From positions 1 through 53,181 of the forward strand of contig JYFJ02002689.1 in NCBI GenBank assembly GCA_000934665.2: a DNA stretch of 53,181 bases, in the 5' to 3' direction. Made by a program: the position numbers and the translations under genes. Under the pieces are notes generated by a model. It made no database searches, was not told the origin of the DNA, and saw nothing but the letters and a program-made list of their open reading frames with translations. The stretch is from Catajapyx aquilonaris. Taxonomy: Eukaryota. Of this stretch, positions 49,740-53,181 are shown in pieces. Positions within the stretch are counted from its first letter, which is position 1. Each line of letters opens with the position of its first letter.

Positions 49740-52700
49740 CATAACCTCCCCCCACCTGAAAATGTCAAGTGGATCCGATCCTGTCAGTTCCCAACAAGTT
49801 TCTAGAGCAGCGAGGGGCCAGTCTCTTAAAATAGAAATGGTATTAATGCATCTGTCTGGTTCTGTGTCATTTGGACGGCCTTAGGAATGGGAATGGGAAG
49901 ATCTCTATAAAGCTACGAGAGAGAGAGAAGGCCTGACACGCGAAGGCAGAATAGGCTCCTTTCTTATTACTGCATGGAGAGCCCGGCTTATGAGGTTGAA
50001 ATGCTTCATAATGACACGTTCGCGTGGCTGCTGGGGGCTTAAAGTTGCCGATAATCCTAAGTGACATTTCTTCCGTAATATTTTTTTAAAAAACTAAGGC
50101 TGTTACTGTACGACACGAACCAAGTCGTTAAGTGGAAACTCCCCAAATATTCTGAAATGTGTGAAAGACAAGTGCAGTTTTCGGACTTTTTCCTGAATCA
50201 GTGGCACGTACGAAATCAGTGTGGCAAGTTTCAGTACTCTCAGGACTGTGGCAGTGGGTTAGGTAGCAGTGACATACATATGTACAAGCTTTCCAGTTTA
50301 TATACAGTATACGCTCGTATACTAGCAGGATACCTGTTCTTCGCACGGGAATTGAAGAATGAATATATTGAGTGAATGTATAGACTATAGAAGTTGCTAG
50401 GAAATGGGACAAACCGACAAAGTTTCCCTTTTGTATATACAGTATACGGTATGTAAGATAAATAAAAAATGTTAAAAACCAACAGTACTCAGCAGCTTTC
50501 AGGTAACACAATTTTTACATATAAAAAGTATTTCAGTCCCCATTTTTTTTGAAGTGGGAGAGTCCCAGGCAGCATCAAAGGCTGTGCTTGTAATATGTAC
50601 TGAACAGGACAGCGTGGTCAGCTCCTTTCCCTTGATCAGGTATGCATGTTACGGTTTAACCACCCACCTACAGTACAGTAGGCTGTATACATATATCCGA
50701 ACCCTCCGAGCTGCAACTTGTCAGGTCTGGCGGCCTGTTTGCTGCGGAGTTTAAGGCCTGTGGATATATGCAGTGGTTGACTGCTCAACCAAAAAAAAAA
50801 TATGTAAAAAAAAAGTTCTCCTGGGCAGGTTAACTATTACACCGCATCTTACTGCCGTGAAAATTACGCTAATGGCCACTCGTGCCGCAAAACAGTTCCA
50901 GGGCTTAGCGGGCACACAACCGCCGCAACCTGCTGTACAGTTGAAACCTATTTCTGGTCAGGGGCCAGCAAAATCCACCACTAAAAAGCAACAAACGTAA
51001 ATGTCAAGTGTATTCCCCAATGGGCGCCAAAATAATTACTTTCGTTCTGAATAAGCAGATGGTACAAGGTCGCATCTTTGGAGTCACCTTATAAGTAAAT
51101 CTGGAACAGATTTTATGGCGAAAATATGGGTTCCCCTTCGGCTCACAAATATTCCCTGCAAAAGCCAGCAATATGTCGGTGCAAACAAACTATCTCTAAT
51201 ATCTTCCAGGCACAATTTATGCAGTTAAATCATTACTAAAGGTCTCCCAAGTGGACCTCGCATTAATTAAGCCATTTTAAACTTTTGCAGGACCATTCGC
51301 AGCGATAATTAACGAGCAACCTATTCAAGCATGGGGCCGCCTCCAAAATATAATGGGAAAAGTTTTACAGCACGTTTCGGTCAGACCGAAAAAAATATAT
51401 ACAAAAAAACGACATTGTTTTAACCCCTTTTGTGAGTGTGCAAAAAAGACAAACTCTGTGTGTATATGTGCAGATGCCAGCTGCCTTTTGTTTATCAGAC
51501 AGTGACGAATAACATCGACTGGCACTCTGATATGTACCGGGGTTTTCCAGGTCTCTGGAAGCTCCAGCGTCAGCAAACAGGCTTCCAGGACCTGTACAAC
51601 ATGCCCTGGCTGGATTCGCAAAAAAACGTGCACATTTTTTTCGGGCCCAGTACCTTTTCTCTCCCCCAAATGGACGAGGTCCGCCACAGCACTTGTTTTC
51701 CAGATGCAGCTTAATTCAGTATGAATTATGGGCCGTTCGTTGGAAGGTCCGGGACCTATCCGGTGAAATAAAAGCGGTTGCTGAAATTAGCGCACTTTTT
51801 TTTTGCGAGTGGGGTTGTGGGAGGGGATTCGGACAAACGCCTAGCTCTCCCTGTGCATGGTGAAACAAAAACCTCCCGGACGGAGACACGGTAGCGCCGT
51901 TAACAGTCGCATTGTCGCGCAATCACTCTCAGGAAATTCCGCGACTGTCGCCCGGACGGGGGCTATTAGTGACCCACATTGTATCCACACCGGCGACTCT
52001 TGCAGTGCAACCCACAAACTCTGTGGGGGTGAAGCGGGGTGAAGCTGGCAGAGCTCATTGTTGCCAAGGGTGGGGGCTTGGAGTGAATGGCAATATTTTT
52101 TTCAGCCATGCTACATAAAATACGAGAGGGTGGGAAAGTTAAATGTACGCTAACAACAATGAGCGTCGGAAATAGGGTACAGTGTGTCCTGATTGAAATG
52201 CTCGAATGCTGTTGGCGGTGCATTAAGCTGCTAATTTTTAATCCGTGTTATAAAAAGTGGATATTAATATTAGGCAGTAATTTGGGAAAAATGGACAAAT
52301 AGCGTCAATAATAATTATAGCCTAACGCCCCAACCCATTTTACATAACCTAATATTATGGTCATAACGATATTATAAAATGTAACCTAATATTGGAAGCT
52401 TCATAATTATAATAACCTCCATCCCGCTTTAAAGGTGTGAAGCTTAGTGCCGAAATAGATGGCCACTTCAATAGAAAGTACACAGTGTAGACACACTAAT
52501 ACCTTGCAACATTCTGCACAAAATTATCTATTTAGATTGATGGGTACGATTGTTCAGGATTGATCAAAAAACTACTTTTGAGCGTGTGTTAGCTGTTAGA
52601 TTCTAATGCATCAATTAAAAGAGCTATTGTTTCATGCTTTAAACACGTAGAGGCGTCGTCTGTCATTAAACTAAATTGCAACCAACAATACCGAAAATCA

Positions 52701-53181
52701 TTGTGGATATTTTCGTCGACAATCCTAAATCCAAATGAAGCAATAAAGTGCACCGTAAGCCTTCCCAGTTAAAACTCGGCCTCCAAAAAAACCCTCGAAA
52801 CTGTTTTGGAGGCTTTGCACGATGACTTTTTTGTTCAATTTTCTGCAGTCATTAGTGGGGTTTAAAAATTAATTTTACGCCCATTGAGTTTAAAGCACCG
52901 GCGGAACTTTCATGGTTTGTAGAGTATACCGGGCAAGATTTTTGTTGAACCGTGAATAAGCCGACTTAATTTTTTCTCCTCTTAACAAATGTCATTTTTT
53001 CACACTACTCCCTTGAAACACGATGTCATTAAATATGTCATAATTGCCACATTTCCAGAGGCGTCCTTTCCAAGCACTACATCAAAACTAACAGCGTTGA
53101 TTACATGCAGCAGGAGGTTTCATGGCCACAATTTTATGGAAGCAAAATTCCAGTCTCAAGAGAACAGGGGGGGGGGGGGGG

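Noticed and set aside
49309..49884. 191-codon ORF
   Set aside because: Non-ATG start, no domain, and it runs through a MITE-type terminus; likely spurious.
50249..50271. TGGCAGTGGGTTAGG resembling miR-34; also AAGCTGCCAGTT at 22483-22494 resembling miR-22
   Set aside because: Partial matches with no precursor hairpin.

Overview
Eukaryotic, largely non-coding DNA from a protostome invertebrate, most likely an arthropod; this is inferred from the one gene and the repeat types, and the species cannot be named. The only well-supported protein-coding gene is a divergent chemosensory Ionotropic Receptor (variant iGluR, about 634 aa, + strand, 34001-35905) encoded essentially by one exon. It lacks the glutamate-binding arginine. 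It sits in an AT-rich block (about 27.4-36.7 kb) that has collected several transposon insertions: a 403-bp solo LTR with a 4-bp TSD about 0.8 kb upstream, a 125-bp PIF/Harbinger-type MITE with a TAA TSD, a fold-back element, a pre-miRNA-like hairpin between 10-bp direct repeats, and a probable Penelope fragment downstream. Elsewhere there are a perfect 115-bp palindrome (22682-22796), a compound TIR element (42.8-44.1 kb), a decayed LINE reverse-transcriptase fragment, isolated Tc1/mariner-type termini and microsatellites. The remainder looks like a large intron or gene desert. Almost all short ORFs in the supplied track appear spurious. I found no CRISPR array, rRNA, tRNA or recognisable conserved miRNA, and no convincing new multi-gene system.
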